The notes below the pieces were generated by a model, which saw nothing but the letters and a program-made list of their open reading frames with translations, was not told the origin of the DNA and ran no database searches. Source: Lingula anatina (lineage: Eukaryota > Animalia > Brachiopoda). From it: DNA of 64,000 nt. The position numbers and the translations under genes were made by a program. Positions 63,084 to 64,000 of the stretch are shown here, in pieces. The stretch covers positions 30,200,401-30,264,400 of the forward strand of contig CM120641.1 in the NCBI GenBank assembly GCA_051362555.1, read 5' to 3'. Position 1 is the stretch's first letter. The number at the start of each line of letters is the position of its first letter.

Positions 63084-63512
63084 AAGGTCAAGTAACATAC
63101 CATTACCTAATAAGAGAATGATTATATTTTGGTAATGTAATAATTCCTCAGCTCTTACACAATGTCTATGATTATCCCTTTTTCCGTAACTTTCCATCAT
63201 TACGTCATTACCAAAATATAATCATTCTCTTATTAGGTAATGGTATGTTACTTGACCTTGGGTCGCCATTTCTATTAATACGGATTTTTCATTGTATCAT
63301 CCTGAAGGAATGATAACTATACTCCCTTATTCTTTTGTTATTATTGAACAACACATGCACTTTTAACTCTCTTACTTACACTGTTTAACCTCTTAACAAA
63401 TGTATATTGTATCAGTTATGAAAGGTACAATGTATTCATTACGATCACAACTTTGTGTCCGTACTTTTAATCATTTTCATTACGATATACACCCTCTCTT
63501 CAAATAAATTCG
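63084..63512 (-). repeat. Rearranged partial copy of the 59506-60055 LTR plus PPT, with a 54-bp inverted duplication
   Basis: ~63128-63512 matches ~59690-60076; 63084-63137 is the reverse complement of 63206-63259. Confidence 0.88.
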
Positions 63513-64000
63513 ATAGTAAATACGATAGTAATACTCACTGCACGTGGCTGTGATGACAATACAATTAAATCTAGGAAACCAATCGATTGAGCAATGAGCG
63601 GATCTGGTTTCATTATCCTTATAAACCCCCCCCCCCCCCCCACACACACACACGCAAACACGCGCGCGCACAAACAGCTTTTGATAATAATAAAAAAAAA
63701 TGAGACTGAAATTTCTTTCAGGTGCGCACGCAAACATTTCAAAAATTGTACGCATAATTCCAAACAAAATATATTAAAAATTTACCACATATCCGATCCT
63801 AGGTTTCACTTGTCGTATACGATGTCCTATGGTGTCCATGAATTGCCCATATGCCCCTACTCGTGGGGCGTCCGCCACTTAACTTCAAGGTCATGTGGGG
63901 AAAATTGTACGTCGCCTGTACCGAACGTAAGCATGCTAGCCCATAGACAACTACAGTACAAAATATACGAAAAATTTGATTTCGATTTCATCGTACTGCG

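Overview
AT-rich eukaryotic DNA, most likely from a marine invertebrate (inferred from the element families). It consists almost entirely of nested mobile elements and repeats, and I found no intact host gene. From left to right: (1) a 7.8-kb hierarchical satellite (~194-bp monomers plus a recurring ~0.5-kb spacer) running into a diverged Helentron-like segment, then a hAT transposase relic; (2) a full-length Ty3/Gypsy LTR element (16185-27223; LTRs 265/266 identical; ATAT TSD) with intact gag, a UUUAAAC -1 frameshift site, a multiply crippled pol and an intact class I fusion-type env, i.e. an endogenous retrovirus-like element; (3) non-autonomous Helentrons (HINE/DINE-like) carrying 146-bp tandem arrays rich in AGGTCA direct repeats, one of them inserted in the Gypsy RT; (4) an L2-type LINE fragment; (5) a BEL/Pao LTR element nested in a TA-flanked TIR element; (6) spliced RecQ-helicase exons, probably an AcademH transposon relic; (7) a second, degraded env-bearing LTR element on the minus strand whose env seems to carry an extra membrane-anchored C-terminal domain; and (8) many MITEs. 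Family assignments rest on motifs read by eye; no database searches were run.
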